Assembly (NCBI GenBank): GCA_036946295.1
Contig: JAQIJK010000002.1
Location: forward strand, 122,350-186,349
DNA length: 64,000 bases
Source of the DNA: Methylobacterium frigidaeris
GTDB taxonomy: Bacteria; Pseudomonadota; Alphaproteobacteria; Rhizobiales; Beijerinckiaceae
Direction of reading: 5' to 3'
A model generated the notes under the pieces. That model worked only from the letters and a program-made list of their open reading frames with translations, ran no database searches and was not told the origin of the DNA. How positions within the stretch are numbered: the first letter of the stretch is position 1; each line of letters begins with the position of its first letter. The position numbers were made by a program, and so were the translations under genes. Shown here piece by piece: positions 62,602 through 64,000 of the stretch.

Positions 62602-63408
62602 CTAACGCCTGATGCCGCGCGTAACCCAATAGTCGCGAGGCACGCAAATCCCGAGCGAGGTGGAGAACTGCGCGTGGAAGGCGATGAAGTCGCGACGCAA
62701 CTCGGCGCGGCGGCTCTCGTCCAGGCTGGTGGCGAGTGACTTGGTTGGGCCATAGCCGGTGGAGAACGTCTCCCACGCCGCCTCGGCGCTCGGCTCACGG
62801 TAGAACGAGACACCTTTCTCGAAGGCCAGATCGAAGTCCTCGCCCAGCAGCTCTCCAATCCGCTCGGTGCGGCCCCACTCGAACGGCGACGGCGGTGCGG
62901 AAGCAGGCGGCGGCATATAGGGCTTCATCACCATGAACATCCTGAACACGTTGCTGTCCGACAGCCAGGTGGTGAGCGCGATGCGTCCGCCCTTGCGGCA
63001 CACCCGCGCCAGTTCCGCGGCAGCAGCCTCTGGCCGACTGGCGAACATCACGCCGCAGGTGGAGATCACCGCATCAAACCTGCCGTCGGCGAATGGCAGC
63101 TTCTCGGCGTCGCCCACTTGGTAGAGGATGTTCAGGCCCTCGGCTTTGGCCTGCTCGGTCGCGGCCTCCAGCAACGCGGTGCTGATGTCGGCCCCGATCA
63201 CTTCGGCACCGCGCTTGGCGACGAGCCGCGAGGTCCAGCCGGTCCCCGTCGCCAAGTCGAGGATCGTTTCCCCTGGCTGAGGGGCGAGGCGCAGCACGCA
63301 GTGCTCGATACTGTCGGCGATGCCCCGACTGATTTCGTTGTAGTGAGCCCCGCCAGAGTTCCAGACGCTGGCCGGCCTGGCGTTGTGCGGTTGGATCTCG
63401 TTGCTCAC
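62602..63408 (-). CDS. Class I SAM-dependent methyltransferase
   Basis: ILDLATGTG, GADIS, GDAEKLPFADGRFDAV; GTG start with GGAGG RBS. Confidence 0.9.
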   Translation of the reverse strand: MSNEIQPHNARPASVWNSGGAHYNEISRGIADSIEHCVLRLAPQPGETILDLATGTGWTSRLVAKRGAEVIGADISTALLEAATEQAKAEGLNILYQVGDAEKLPFADGRFDAVISTCGVMFASRPEAAAAELARVCRKGGRIALTTWLSDSNVFRMFMVMKPYMPPPASAPPSPFEWGRTERIGELLGEDFDLAFEKGVSFYREPSAEAAWETFSTGYGPTKSLATSLDESRRAELRRDFIAFHAQFSTSLGICVPRDYWVTRGIRR

Positions 63409-63796
63409 GGCCGCCTCCGATTTGCGCCGAGCACGTAGCCATGATGCTGCGACCGTTCCCGTACGAAAGTCCACTGCAATCCGCTCGATGTCGCAGAAAC
63501 GAAGAACAGTAAGCAGACCAATCGGGGTAAGCCCGATGCTCCCGGCGCTGAGCTTCGGGTGGGAGTTGTTCTGCTGCGCGCCGAGGCAGACAGCAGGTCC
63601 GCACTGGAAGGTCCGCACAGAGGTCAGGCCGACAACCTGGGCGACGCCGCGGCCGGGATCACGCCGCGCAGGTCGGGTCCATCGTCCCTCGGGTGTTGTC
63701 GAACTGCCGTGCTTCGTGGTTCGCGATTGACCGGATCTGTTTTGAACATAGCATTGGCCTCCAAGTTCGCACGGCTCTTCAACACGGAGCAATGTC

Positions 63797-64000
63797 ATGC
63801 GAAGACGGGAATGCCTCTCCTTCCTGGGCACGCTCATATTCTCGCGGCCAACGATCGCCTCAAGCCAAAGCAGAGTGATGGCTTGGCGGGTCGGGATTGT
63901 TACGGCTTACTATCCCGATGATGCGGAAATACAGTCGCGCCTCGATGGTTTCACGCGTGAATTGCGCAGTCTTGATGCCAAAAACAAGACTATCACAAAT
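63797..64000 (+). CDS. Second PF04392-type binding protein, 5' part (runs off window)
   Basis: GGAG RBS; MRRRECLSFLGTLIFSRPTIASSQSRVMAWRVGIVTAYYPDDAEIQSRLDGFTREL; open to window end. Confidence 0.65.
   Translation, partial: MRRRECLSFLGTLIFSRPTIASSQSRVMAWRVGIVTAYYPDDAEIQSRLDGFTRELRSLDAKNKTITN

Overview
High-GC alphaproteobacterial chromosomal segment. Gene content, intergenic repeat style and EcfG-type promoters suggest Methylobacterium/Methylorubrum (inference). The left 43.7 kb is a run of catabolic and uptake modules: glutaryl-CoA dehydrogenase plus CoA transferase; lactonase, GntR, MFS and a divergent aconitase; a LOV-PAS-HWE kinase; an amidase; an AtoE transporter with a Mo/W-bisPGD-FNR-2Fe2S fusion enzyme; formamidase fmdAB with urtABCDE and a permease-fused hybrid kinase; and a Baeyer-Villiger monooxygenase/esterase/SDR/ABC cluster. 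At 43766-43793 is a canonical-looking XerCD dif site, and KOPS motifs found in a partial manual scan mostly point towards it from both sides. An IS-end remnant follows immediately, then about 20 kb of more AT-rich, island-like DNA. That part holds a PrpD/ABC/SolA cluster, pseudogenes, a general-stress-type islet, an MtoX/SBP56 homolog lacking one TTQ tryptophan and lacking mauG, a Cache-HAMP cyclase and PF04392-type binding proteins. A modular palindromic repeat family ending in TGA...TCA occurs 11 times, and in 7 cases its terminal triplet is the neighbouring gene's stop codon. No rRNA, tRNA or CRISPR array was seen. All family calls come from motif recognition by eye; no database searches were run.
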